Source: an uncultured delta proteobacterium
GTDB taxonomy: Bacteria > Desulfobacterota > Binatia > UBA9968
Length of the DNA: 64,000 nucleotides
Reading direction: 5' to 3'
NCBI GenBank assembly: GCA_963737905.1
Contig: CAVTUQ010000021.1
Coordinates: forward strand, 29,852-93,851
Shown: positions 9,980 to 19,757 of the stretch, piece after piece
Numbering within the stretch: position 1 is the stretch's first letter
Layout of the letters: every line of letters starts with the position of its first letter
Program-made: the position numbers and the translations under genes
Notes under the pieces: generated by a model
Database searches by the model: none
The model's input: the letters and a program-made list of their open reading frames with translations, nothing else
What the model was told of the DNA's origin: nothing

Positions 9980-12900
9980 ATGGAACGTGCTAACTCGGAA
10001 TCACGGCTCTCACCGTATTTGATTGCGGTCCTGATCGCCGGCGCGATCCTCATGGCTGTAGTTGCGGTCGACCGCTTCGAGCAGCAGCGTTACGATAGAG
10101 TCCGCGAGGCTCGAATCCTTCGTAGTCTCAGCAATGCCCGCGCGCGGTTGGAAGCTGAACTCAATAAGCGCCTCTTTCTTACCCGTGGTCTTGTTGCCTA
10201 TGTCTCAACCCATCCGAACATTAGCCTGGTCGAATTCCAGCTCCTCGCGAGAGCGCTCTTTTCGCAACCCGACACGGACGGCATCCGGAGCATCCAGCTG
10301 GCGAAGGACTCGGTCGTAAGCCACGTCTATCCCCTAAAGGGGAATGAGAAAGCCATAGGGCTAAAGCTACTCGAACATCCCGAGCAAAACGCGGCGGTGC
10401 AACGCACCCTTGATCGAAGGACGACTGTCGTTGCCGGCCCCGTCCAGCTCATACAAGGAGGCACGGCATTCATCAGCCGGACACCAATCTATTTGACAAC
10501 TCCGGCGGGGCCGCCAAACAGTGGCGCTTACTGGGGATTGGCGACGATCCTCATCGATGCAGGCACTATTTTCTCTGAAGCAGGGCTTTCTCAAAACGCC
10601 AATGAGATGCGCTACGCCTTAAAAGGAAAAGATGGATCGGGAGCGCGCGGTCATGTATTTTTCGGCGATCCGCATCTCTTCGATTCACACCCGCTCGTTT
10701 TAGACATTCAAATCCCCGGCGGCTCGTGGCAATTGACAGCGGTGCCTTTGCCTAATGTTTTATCAGGATCATCCAACTTGTGGTTGCTGCGGACTGGCGG
10801 AGGTTTACTCGCCATTGCCGCTGGGGCGTTGGCCTTTTTCGCAACACTGTATAATCGCCGGCGAACCCAAGAGACGTTGCGTGAGACCTCCCGGCAGGCC
10901 GAGGCGAAATTTGAAGCTCTGGCGGAAAATGCTCAAGATGCGATCGTATCGGCAGACAGCCGTGGCAACATCATCTACTTCAACAAAGCGGCTCAATGTT
11001 CCTTTGGATATGAGGCGAACGAGGTGCTGGGCAAACCGTTAACGTTGCTGATGCCCAAACGATCGGGTGACCCACACCTTCAGGGAATGACCCCGTTTAT
11101 CGCCGGCGAGGAACCGTACAGCGTCGGGAAAATGATGGAGGCAATTGGCAAGAAAAAAAACGGGCTCGAATTCCCGGTGGAACTTTCACTTGGAAGTTGG
11201 ACGACTCAGGGAGAGAAGTTCGTTACGGCGATATTCCGGGACGTCACAGACCAAAAGCAGATCGTTGAGGCAATGACCGCACAGCGTACATTCTTGAGGC
11301 AAGTGATTGACATCGAACCAGACTTTATTTTTGCCAAAGATCGACAGGGTCGCTTCACTCTAGTCAATCAGGCGGTAGCCGACGCCTTCGGCACAACCGT
11401 TCAGCAGTTGATTGGAAAAACCGATGCGGATCTTAATCCCAATGCACAAGAAGTCGAATTTTTTCGACAGGTGGATTTGCAGGTGATGGATACTCTACAA
11501 GAACGATTCATACCCGAAGAACGCATTACCGATGCTCAGGGAAAGATCCGCTGGCTGCAAACGGTCAAGCGGCCCATCATCGGCGAAGACGGCAGGGCGA
11601 CACTCATACTCGGGTCGTCCACGGATATTACCCATCGAAAGCTGGTAGAGGAACATATACTCGATAACCAGAAGCAGTATGCCATGGCAACGGCCGCAGG
11701 CGGTGTGAGTGTCTGGGCCCTCGATGCAGAAACCGGCGATCTCCGCACCGATCCCGTGCTCTCGGCGCAGCTGAGAATAGAAGTCGCCGAGAGTTACCCG
11801 CGCGATTTTTGGTTAAAATACATCCATCCCGAGGATCTGGAGCGGTTGCTGAAAAACGAGCAACGCATGCTCGATGCGTCCACGCCAAGAGACGAAGAAG
11901 GCAACACCATCATGCCTGAAATCGAGTTCCGCGGTCTTCGCAGCGATGGCAGCGTAATATGGTTTTTCGGGCGCGGCACGCTAATCAGGGATAAGGATGG
12001 GAAGCCCCTCCGGGCGATTGGCACGTGCACCGATATCACGGCGCGCAAACAGGCCGAAGCAGCGTTGCACGAAAGCGAAGAGCGCCTTGCCCGGACCGAG
12101 ACATTCTCCCTGGTGATGGCGACCCATGTCGATTTGGAAGGACGTTGGCGAAAGGTCCCGCCCACATTGTGTCAGCTTCTGTTCTACACGGAAGAAGAAT
12201 TGCTGGGGCACCGATTTCACGAGGTAACCCACCCTGATGACATCGAGGCCGATTGGAGCCAATGCTTGCGGCTGATACGCGGCGAAATCAAATCCTTTGA
12301 CTTAGAGAAGCGCTACATCCGAAAGGATGGCGGCGTCGTCTGGGTTTACATCAACTGCTCGGTGGTCGCGGACGCGCAAGATAAGCCGGTGCATTTCCTC
12401 ACCTATATCCGTGACATAACCAACCGAAAGCTCAATGAGAAAAAACTCCGCGAATATCAAGAATCGCTTCGCCAACTAGCCTACGATCTCAACACCACCG
12501 AAGAAAGAGAACGGAAAAGATTTGCCGCCGATCTCCACGATCACATCGGCCAGTCGTTAGTGCTGGCCAAGTTGGAGTTGGGACGACTCGGGGAACTGAC
12601 CAATCCCCTCGACGAAAACGTGAGCTCGAGTATCGAACGGCTGGATGACACCATCGACCAGGCGATCCACGAAACTCGGTTGTTGACTCAAGATTTGAGT
12701 CCCCAGGTTCTTTACACGTTTGGCTTCGACGCCGCGTTAGAGTGGCTCGCCGAAAACATGCAGGAGCGCTATGACCTCGTGTGTCACATAGAGGGCGGAA
12801 AACAACCCAGCCCACTAAGCGGCGACGCGGCCATCGTGGCTTTTCAGACCGTACGGGAGCTTCTGATTAATATCGTCAAGCATGCGGGCGTCAAGGAAGC

Positions 12901-13159
12901 TCATCTGTACGTCACTCAAAGAGAAAATGTGGTTGCTATCCACGTGGAAGACCAGGGTAAAGGTTTTGTTCCGGAAGACTTGGACTTGCCGCGGTCGCAC
13001 GGAGGCGGTTTCGGGTTGTTCAGTATTCGCGAGCGTCTCTCGTTGTTGGGAGGGCGCTTGGCAATCAATTCCAGTCCCGGCAGGGGGACCAGCGCCCAAG
13101 TTGTTATTCCTGTGTCTGTCACGGATTGTGCAGAAGGCGTGCGTGAACTAAATTCGTAA
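9980..13159 (+). CDS. CHASE + 4xPAS sensor histidine kinase (HisKA_3 type)
   Basis: TM-CHASE (VVAGPVQLIQGG)-TM, PAS/PAC repeats, ERKRFAADLHDHIGQ, ELLINIVKHA, DQGKGF, GFGLFSIRER. Confidence 0.95.
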   Translation: MERANSESRLSPYLIAVLIAGAILMAVVAVDRFEQQRYDRVREARILRSLSNARARLEAELNKRLFLTRGLVAYVSTHPNISLVEFQLLARALFSQPDTDGIRSIQLAKDSVVSHVYPLKGNEKAIGLKLLEHPEQNAAVQRTLDRRTTVVAGPVQLIQGGTAFISRTPIYLTTPAGPPNSGAYWGLATILIDAGTIFSEAGLSQNANEMRYALKGKDGSGARGHVFFGDPHLFDSHPLVLDIQIPGGSWQLTAVPLPNVLSGSSNLWLLRTGGGLLAIAAGALAFFATLYNRRRTQETLRETSRQAEAKFEALAENAQDAIVSADSRGNIIYFNKAAQCSFGYEANEVLGKPLTLLMPKRSGDPHLQGMTPFIAGEEPYSVGKMMEAIGKKKNGLEFPVELSLGSWTTQGEKFVTAIFRDVTDQKQIVEAMTAQRTFLRQVIDIEPDFIFAKDRQGRFTLVNQAVADAFGTTVQQLIGKTDADLNPNAQEVEFFRQVDLQVMDTLQERFIPEERITDAQGKIRWLQTVKRPIIGEDGRATLILGSSTDITHRKLVEEHILDNQKQYAMATAAGGVSVWALDAETGDLRTDPVLSAQLRIEVAESYPRDFWLKYIHPEDLERLLKNEQRMLDASTPRDEEGNTIMPEIEFRGLRSDGSVIWFFGRGTLIRDKDGKPLRAIGTCTDITARKQAEAALHESEERLARTETFSLVMATHVDLEGRWRKVPPTLCQLLFYTEEELLGHRFHEVTHPDDIEADWSQCLRLIRGEIKSFDLEKRYIRKDGGVVWVYINCSVVADAQDKPVHFLTYIRDITNRKLNEKKLREYQESLRQLAYDLNTTEERERKRFAADLHDHIGQSLVLAKLELGRLGELTNPLDENVSSSIERLDDTIDQAIHETRLLTQDLSPQVLYTFGFDAALEWLAENMQERYDLVCHIEGGKQPSPLSGDAAIVAFQTVRELLINIVKHAGVKEAHLYVTQRENVVAIHVEDQGKGFVPEDLDLPRSHGGGFGLFSIRERLSLLGGRLAINSSPGRGTSAQVVIPVSVTDCAEGVRELNS

Positions 13160-13189
13160 CCCACAGATGCTCAGGGTTGGCCAAATATA

Positions 13190-13840
13190 ATGACGGTTAG
13201 AATCCTGATCGCCGACGATCACAAGATACTACGTGAAGGCCTGAGATCTCTCCTCGAGAAGCAATCCACGTTCGCGGTTGTTGCGGAAGCGGAAGACGGA
13301 TTGACCGCGTTCGAGGGCGTGAAAAAGCACAAGCCGGATATTGCGATTCTGGATATCGGGATGCCGGGCCTCAACGGGATCGAGGTGACTAGGAAAATCC
13401 GCTCCGAGACGACGGAGACAAGAGTGATTGCGTTGTCGATGCACGCCGATCGCCGCTTCGTGATGGGTGTCTTGGAAGCGGGAGCCAACGGTTACTTGCT
13501 TAAAGATTCTGCGTTTGCGGAGTTAGTCACCGCCGTTATGGCGGTCGCTAAGGGGAAAATGTACTTAAGCCCCTCGATTGCCGAGACCGTCATCAAAAGC
13601 TCTCTTGAAAAGCTAGACCGCGGAAAACAAGCCTCGAGCGTGCTGTTGAGCGGCCGAGAGCGCGAGGTTCTCCAAATGATCGCGGAGGGAAAATCGACCA
13701 AGGAGATCTCGTTCAAGCTGTTTGTGAGTACCAAGACGGTGGAAACCCATCGCAAACAGATCATGGACAAGCTTAACATCCACACGGTTGCCGGTCTTAC
13801 GAAATACGCGATACGAGAAGGCTTAACCTCGTTGGGTTAG
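13190..13840 (+). CDS. NarL/LuxR family response regulator
   Basis: ADDH, LDIGMP, YLLK receiver motifs; LSGREREVL...KTVETHR LuxR HTH. Confidence 0.95.
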   Translation: MTVRILIADDHKILREGLRSLLEKQSTFAVVAEAEDGLTAFEGVKKHKPDIAILDIGMPGLNGIEVTRKIRSETTETRVIALSMHADRRFVMGVLEAGANGYLLKDSAFAELVTAVMAVAKGKMYLSPSIAETVIKSSLEKLDRGKQASSVLLSGREREVLQMIAEGKSTKEISFKLFVSTKTVETHRKQIMDKLNIHTVAGLTKYAIREGLTSLG

Positions 13841-14006
13841 CAGCGAAAAACAGAGCCGTTCGCCGGAGCGGCCGTCATACCGAGAGAATGCGATGGATCT
13901 AAGAGTTTAGCCTGAGCTGGCCGAAGGGATCGAAATGACAAGCGCCATTTTGCGCCTTGGTGTCTTGGCCGGAAGAACTTTGAAGTTGTTCTGTTGACAA
14001 TTTTTG

Positions 14007-14567
14007 CTAGTTTCTACTTCTCTTTGCTGGCAGAGCTAGAGTCCGATCAATGGCGTCCAGCAACTTTTCAATCGGTGGCCGATCCGCGGGGTTTTGACTG
14101 CGATGGGCGAACAGGATGTTCCCTTTGCGATCGATTAAGAAGTTGCCCCCCGCCTGATAGTAGTCATCTTTGCCGTAGTTTTCCAGTTTCTTCCCTTCCC
14201 ACAAGAGCCTGAGGTAGAGCTTCAAAGTCGCGTGCGAGAAAACCCGGAACAAAGACAAGCGCTTCAATGCAAAAGCTCGATAGGCGACCCGCGTCGGATC
14301 AGCGAGTATGACAAACGGCCAATGATGATGTTCTTGATAAGGCGCCAACCTCTCCGGCGCGGCAAACGAGACGACAATGATCGCCACCCCGCGCCGATCG
14401 AATTCATTTTTGATTGATTTCACCTCGCCGAGGTGATGTTGGCACGGGAGTCAGGCAAGGTGCCTCAGAAAAATTACGAGTGAATATTCTTGAAAATAAT
14501 CTTGGAGGTTAACCGGACGCCCGTGAAGGTCCTTTAGACCTAACTGATCGAGCGCCACCTTCTCCAT
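14007..14567 (-). CDS. Probable selenoprotein, AhpC/TSA-like (PRXL2/SelL-like) with UxxC motif
   Basis: ATG at 14567 is in frame with the 14007-14423 ORF. The single in-frame TGA (14451-14453) gives FLRHLA-U-LPC; downstream DP, QAGGNFLID and HRS..PADRP motifs. Confidence 0.85.
14420..14436 (-). promoter_or_regulatory. Putative bacterial SECIS hairpin
   Basis: TCACCTC-GGC-GAGGTGA perfect 7-bp stem, G-first loop 22 nt after the UGA. Confidence 0.7.
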
Positions 14568-14640
14568 GGGAACCCTAATCCAATGGCCAACGCGAGTCGC
14601 GTTACGAAATTGGGTAGCACGATACGGGAGAGAGGAAAAC

Positions 14641-14670
14641 GAAAGGGGCGCTCCGACCCGACGCCCCTTC
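14641..14670 (-). terminator. Intrinsic terminator of the RRM gene
   Basis: GAAGGGGCG ... CGCCCCTTTC stem followed by GTTTT on the minus strand. Confidence 0.65.
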
Positions 14671-14693
14671 TTGTTTAGAACCCGTGTCCTAAG

Positions 14694-15014
14694 TTACCAA
14701 CGGTTACGTCCACCGCCGCCGCCCCTTCTTTCACCGCCTCGGTCGCCGCCGAATCCGGACCGCTTCTCTTGCGGCCTCGCTTCGTTAACCGTGAGGCTGC
14801 GGCCGTCAAGATCGGTCCCGTTCAATGCCTGGATCGCTCTTTGGGCTTCCTCATTGGAGCTCATTTCCACAAAACCAAACCCGCGGGACCGGCCCGTGAA
14901 CTTATCGGTGATCACCCGCGCCGATTCTACGGTTCCGTGTGCTGAAAAGATTTCCTGCAACTGTGTGTCAGTGGTCGCATAGGGCAACCCACCTACGTAT
15001 ATTTTACTACCCAT
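14694..15014 (-). CDS. RRM RNA-binding protein with Gly/Arg tail
   Basis: RNP2 IYVGGL, RNP1 RGFGFVEM, VNEARP, RGG-rich tail. Confidence 0.95.
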   Translation of the reverse strand: MGSKIYVGGLPYATTDTQLQEIFSAHGTVESARVITDKFTGRSRGFGFVEMSSNEEAQRAIQALNGTDLDGRSLTVNEARPQEKRSGFGGDRGGERRGGGGGRNRW

Positions 15015-15205
15015 GTTCTTCTCCTTTTGGAAAATGTTGCTGTCTTTGACCCTGTGAACCTACTCACCGCTGGAAGCAGAACATGAAATGTAACACACGC
15101 TCTGGTCGGATTGTTCGCGAGGAAACTCGCAAGGAAAGACTGACTAGACCTTCAAACTTTTTCATATCTCCACTATCAGAAGGCCCCATACTGAAGTGTA
15201 GCCAT

Positions 15206-15234
15206 AGACTACAACGTCTCGCGCGCGCTTGCAA
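15206..15234 (-). promoter_or_regulatory. Sigma70-type promoter of the RRM gene
   Basis: TTGCAA-17 nt-TAGTCT on the minus strand. Confidence 0.55.
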
Positions 15235-15373
15235 GCCCAACCCACCCCGTTTCACGCCTTTTTACAGGCAATCTAACCCTTTATGGGAAAAACTGTTGCA
15301 CATGCCACAACTTTTGTATTAAGTGATGCGCTGATGTATTCAATATAAATAAATCCAAACCAAGGAGGGTGCT

Positions 15374-16135
15374 ATGTACCAGACAAACGATTATGAAGGT
15401 ATGCAGGCGGAAACCGTCACCATGAAGGGACACAAGGGTGATACGATCAACGCCTATTACGCGCGGCCGCTCGGGGAGGGCCCCCACCCGGGAATGGTGA
15501 TTATCCATCACGCACCGGGATGGGATGAGTGGTACCGCGAATGCGCGCGGCGGTTCGCCCACCACGGATACGCCACGATTTCGCCAAACCTCTATTTCCG
15601 TGAAGGCCACGGAACCCCGGAAGACGTCGGTGCCAAGGTTCGCGCGGCCGGCGGCGTACCCGATGACCAGGTCTTGGGCGACCTCGACGGGGCTTTGAAG
15701 TTTCTTCGTTCCCAGCCCCACGTCGGCAAGAAGGTCGGCGTTTTCGGCACATGCTCGGGAGGGCGTCATGGGTTTCTCGCGGCCTGCAAATTGAAAGGAT
15801 TCGACGCGCTGGTCGAGTGTTGGGGCGGTGGGGTGGTCATGAAGCAAGAGGAGCTGACACCCAAGCGACCCGTCGCTCCGATTGATTACACCAAAGATCT
15901 TTCCTGCCCGATGATCGGCCTTTTCGGCAACGACGACAAATCGCCGTCGCCGGAACAGGTGAACCAGCACGAGGCGGAACTCAAGAAGCATGGCAAGAAC
16001 TATGAGTTCCACCGTTATGACGGCGCGGGTCATGGCTTTTTCTATTATGACCGCGGGGCCTATCGGCAGGAGCAAGCGGTGGACGGCTGGAAGAAAGTCC
16101 TCGGGTTCCTTGAGAAGAACCTGAAGTCCAACTAA
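15374..16135 (+). CDS. Dienelactone hydrolase family protein
   Basis: GTCSGG nucleophile motif, FGNDD, AGHGFF. Confidence 0.92.
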   Translation: MYQTNDYEGMQAETVTMKGHKGDTINAYYARPLGEGPHPGMVIIHHAPGWDEWYRECARRFAHHGYATISPNLYFREGHGTPEDVGAKVRAAGGVPDDQVLGDLDGALKFLRSQPHVGKKVGVFGTCSGGRHGFLAACKLKGFDALVECWGGGVVMKQEELTPKRPVAPIDYTKDLSCPMIGLFGNDDKSPSPEQVNQHEAELKKHGKNYEFHRYDGAGHGFFYYDRGAYRQEQAVDGWKKVLGFLEKNLKSN

Positions 16136-16156
16136 ACCAACGAAAGGAGCCCATCG

Positions 16157-16456
16157 ATGTGTACCATGATTGTGCATCAGGCGAAGATCGACGGCCGAGG
16201 CAAGGGAACCAGTGGTTGGTTTGAGGTCAAGGAAGCCAATGTTTCTTACGATCACCCTTACGACATGCCGCTGGAGCACGCCTTGAATATCGACTTCGTC
16301 AACGAGGGCGCGGGTCCCGGCGCACGAGTCGCCGTCGAACTCAGTATCGAAGCGGCGCGTAATCTCATCAAAACCATCGAAGCCGTTTTGGCGCAGGCTG
16401 AGGAGCGCGGGGTTCTCGAAGATATTCCGCTGGCCGCCGCAGGAGCGTCCCGCTGA
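16157..16456 (+). CDS. DUF6295-like conserved protein
   Basis: MCT start; GKG..GWF, YDHP..PLEHALNIDF and ARVAVELS motifs; AAGGAG RBS. Confidence 0.65.
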   Translation: MCTMIVHQAKIDGRGKGTSGWFEVKEANVSYDHPYDMPLEHALNIDFVNEGAGPGARVAVELSIEAARNLIKTIEAVLAQAEERGVLEDIPLAAAGASR

Positions 16457-16467
16457 TCGATCCTACA

Positions 16468-16586
16468 GCCCCGTGGAATAGCGCTTCGGGTCGAACAACT
16501 TAGTGTCAATCGAGTCGGTATTCCACGGGGTGGAATAGCGCCACGCGCCAATAACTTGACTCGATCGGGTCGGTATTCCACGGGGC
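16468..16586. repeat. Double REP-like palindrome
   Basis: GCCCCGTGGAATA...TATTCCACGGGG, then GTGGAATAGCGC...TATTCCACGGGGC. Confidence 0.8.
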
Positions 16587-16666
16587 AAATCGGTTTGGCT
16601 AGAACTAATCCAAAAAGCCTCACGCTTTACCCCGATCCTTTATCCGAGCTTCGCTTGTCGAACTGA

Positions 16667-17924
16667 TTGAATAACCGCGCCGAAATAAACCAGAACGCGG
16701 CCGAGAGCCAAATTATTCGGCCGTGGTCGTCTCTGCTCATTCGCGATTTTAGACTGCTTTGGATGGCCAGCGTTTTGACCTCGTTGGCAATCCAGATCCG
16801 CAACGTCTCCAACCTCTACCAGGTGTACCAACTGTCAGGCTCGGCCTTTAAGTTGGGGCTCACCGGATTCCTGGAGGCTCTCCCTTTCATCATTTTCGGC
16901 CTGTTCGCTGGCGCGGTAGCGGATGCCTTCGACCGAAAGAAGGTGCTGGTGGCGACGATGATTGTCCAATTGGTGCCGAGTGTGGCCATGACCCTTCTCA
17001 CTTACACCGATACAGTGCAGGTCTGGCACATCTATGCTCTCGGCTTTCTCGGAAGTTTTGTGGACGTCTTCAACTGGCCGGCGCGCTCTGCGCTCGTCCC
17101 ACGCTTGGTCCCTCCAGGTCTTATGATGAACGCGGTCACCATCAATGCAATGATCATACAGCTCAGTTTCCTTGTGGGACCTGCCGTCGGCGGCGTGCTT
17201 ATCGATCACAGCGGCTTGGCGGTCACGTACGTCGTCAGCACCATCGCCCTGCTGCCCGCTATCATCGCCATAACAATGATACGAACCTCCGGCAAGCCGG
17301 AAGGTGCCAAGCGCCGGGTCAACCTCCGCAGCATGGTGGAAGGCGTAGAGTTCATCTGGATCCAGCGCATCATCCTGTCGCTCTTCCTCCTCGACTTCGG
17401 AGTGACATTGGTAGGGTTTTATCGACCCATCTTACCCATCTTTGCGGCGGATGTTTTCAACATGGGAGCTTCAGGATTGGGTTTGCTATACGCCGCCCCT
17501 TCCGCGGGTTCCCTCGTAGGCTCAGCCGCGCTCCTGATGGCTGGGGATATCAAACGCAAAGGTATCGCGGTAGTGATGGCCGCTGTCGGTTTTGCGGTAA
17601 GTCTCGCTTTGTTGGGCGTTTCAAAGTGGTTCTGGATGGCGGTGGCGGCGGTGGTCCTCCTCGGTATTACCGATTCGGTCAGCGTTGCCATTCGCCGCAC
17701 GGTGGTTCAACTTCTCTCACCGGACCGAATGCTCGGGCGAGCCTCCAGCCTTATCGTCGTCTTTGCCCAAACGACCAACGGGTTGGGCGCCCTCCTCGCC
17801 GGTGCGGCCTCGCAATTCATCGGCGCACCGAACTCACTGCTTGGTAGGCAGTAGTGTTTGCTTTTTGATGATTCTGGCGACCTGCGCCGCCATTCCTCAA
17901 CTGTGGCGCTACAGGTCGGATTGA
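16667..17924 (+). CDS. MFS transporter (EntS/DHA3-like), frameshift near the 3' end
   Basis: RDFRLLW, GAVADAFDRKK, MLGRASS motifs. The last TM helix (VGSSVCFLMILA...PQLWRYRSD) lies in another frame after about 17841. Confidence 0.85.
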
Positions 17925-17934
17925 CAAGAACGAG

Positions 17935-18030
17935 GGTTCCTTGTTCAAAGTTCCAGGTTCAAGGTTCAAAGTTCAAGTGCCCCGGTTAACTCGAAAGTCG
18001 GAACGCGGGACCCGAAACTGTGAAAGCGAA
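17935..18030. repeat. Heptamer tandem-repeat element
   Basis: (GTTCAAR)n arm followed by an (AACnCGR)n arm, between convergent genes. Confidence 0.7.
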
Positions 18031-18038
18031 GTAACACA

Positions 18039-19649
18039 TTACTTCGCTTTCACCCTTCCCGCCTTTAACTTTTCGCCGGTTTCAAAGTGCCGCCCTTGAA
18101 CCGCAAGCTCGGCCTCGTGATCCAGCTCTTCGTCCCATTGGCCAAGCGAGTAGCCGAACCAGGGCATCTGCGGTCTGAGCTTCGGCAAGCCCAGCTCTTC
18201 CCAGATGTTCTTCGCGTTCTCCATATATTCGCGCTTTGGCAGGGACACCGGTGGAAACGGCTCTTTGAGAATCGCATTGCACAGCATCGCCGACTCATCT
18301 GCAGGCAGATGATAGGAGACCACATCGGTCCCTTTCTCTTCATGATGATAGAGAAACGGGGGCGCATGCCCTTTTTCCATGCCGCCGACGATGTGCACGT
18401 CCTTGTGCGGTTTCATGCGATAACACATGGCCCAGAAGACCGCCGCCTCATTCGAGGGGTCAATGTCCTCATCCACCGCGACGACGATTTTCCCGACGCC
18501 CGGATGAAACGAGCAGGCGGCATGCAGCGCGCGCCAGACTTCGGCCTCGTTGGGACGCCGCATTTGAATGATAACTAATTTATAGGTGTTGGTGAGCGGC
18601 TCGTGCATCTCCACTCGCAATACGCTGGTGATGCGGCATTCATCGCGGAGGTGGACCAACATGAGACGGTCGTAGCCGATTTTACGAATAACCGATGATT
18701 CGCTGGGCGTGAGCTGGCTCAGCCACGACGTGTAGATGGCGTCTTTACGATAGGTGATCGCGGTTACGTCCATGAACGGATTTAGCTGGCGCGGATGCAT
18801 ATAACCGTGGGATTCGCCGAAGGGTCCTTCGGGCTCGATATATTCCGTGTTGAGATAGCCTTCGATGACGATCTCTGCGTCGGCTGGCACCATGATATCC
18901 ACGGTTTTGCACCTGACCATCGGAATAGGCCGATCCACCAATGCCCCTGCCACGCTCATCTCGTCGACACCATAGGCCACTTTTTGCACAGAGACGTAAG
19001 AAACTACGGGAGGGGCCCCGATGACCAATGCGGCGGGCAAATGCTGCCCTTTGGCCTGAGCCTTCTTCCAATGGAGATAGATGTCCTGCCCCAGGCCGGA
19101 AGGAAAGACACCGATGCGCCTGCGGGCTTTTATCTGGCCGCGGTAGTTGCCGATGTTATGGATGCCGGTCTCCGGGTCCCTGGTAAACCAATGAGAACAA
19201 GTCGTATAGGGACCGTTGTCAAAACCTGGCGTCGAAATGGGCACAGGGAATCTATCGAGACCGCAACCTTCCTTATCCAGTTCATCGCCTGTGTATACGA
19301 CGTCCTGGCACTTTGCGTGGTTCACAGCGACAGGCGCAAGGGGCTCGGATAGCGCCTTCTTCCAACGCTCGTCCATCTCGTCGGCCGTTTTGCAACCCAT
19401 GCCGAGAAAATAGATGGCAGGATTTCCCGCCAGCGCGCCGACCACCACCGGCATATCGTACTTCCGCCCCTTGGCATCGGTGACGTTTTCGAATAACCAT
19501 GCTTTGCGCTCTTCTTCCGACAAGCCGCGGTATTGCCAGCGGACCAGCGGGTGCAGTTCGGTATCTTTGTTGATAAGTCTCGTGATGCGTCTCAAAAGCC
19601 CATGCTCTTCCAGATTTTTCAGATGCTGGTGCAAGTCCAAATAAGGCAT
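18039..19649 (-). CDS. UbiD family (prFMN-dependent) decarboxylase
   Basis: NIGNYR, AEIVIEG, EPEGPFGESHGY and VAVDEDID motifs. Confidence 0.93.
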   Translation of the reverse strand: MPYLDLHQHLKNLEEHGLLRRITRLINKDTELHPLVRWQYRGLSEEERKAWLFENVTDAKGRKYDMPVVVGALAGNPAIYFLGMGCKTADEMDERWKKALSEPLAPVAVNHAKCQDVVYTGDELDKEGCGLDRFPVPISTPGFDNGPYTTCSHWFTRDPETGIHNIGNYRGQIKARRRIGVFPSGLGQDIYLHWKKAQAKGQHLPAALVIGAPPVVSYVSVQKVAYGVDEMSVAGALVDRPIPMVRCKTVDIMVPADAEIVIEGYLNTEYIEPEGPFGESHGYMHPRQLNPFMDVTAITYRKDAIYTSWLSQLTPSESSVIRKIGYDRLMLVHLRDECRITSVLRVEMHEPLTNTYKLVIIQMRRPNEAEVWRALHAACSFHPGVGKIVVAVDEDIDPSNEAAVFWAMCYRMKPHKDVHIVGGMEKGHAPPFLYHHEEKGTDVVSYHLPADESAMLCNAILKEPFPPVSLPKREYMENAKNIWEELGLPKLRPQMPWFGYSLGQWDEELDHEAELAVQGRHFETGEKLKAGRVKAK

Positions 19650-19757
19650 ACGTAATCTCTCCTCTGCGTCTAAAACAATTCCCGCAAAAATATCGGATCG
19701 AAACTAAGGCGTCAACGGGAAGCGACCCCCACCTCTTTCCTCCCCCGCGCGACGCGC

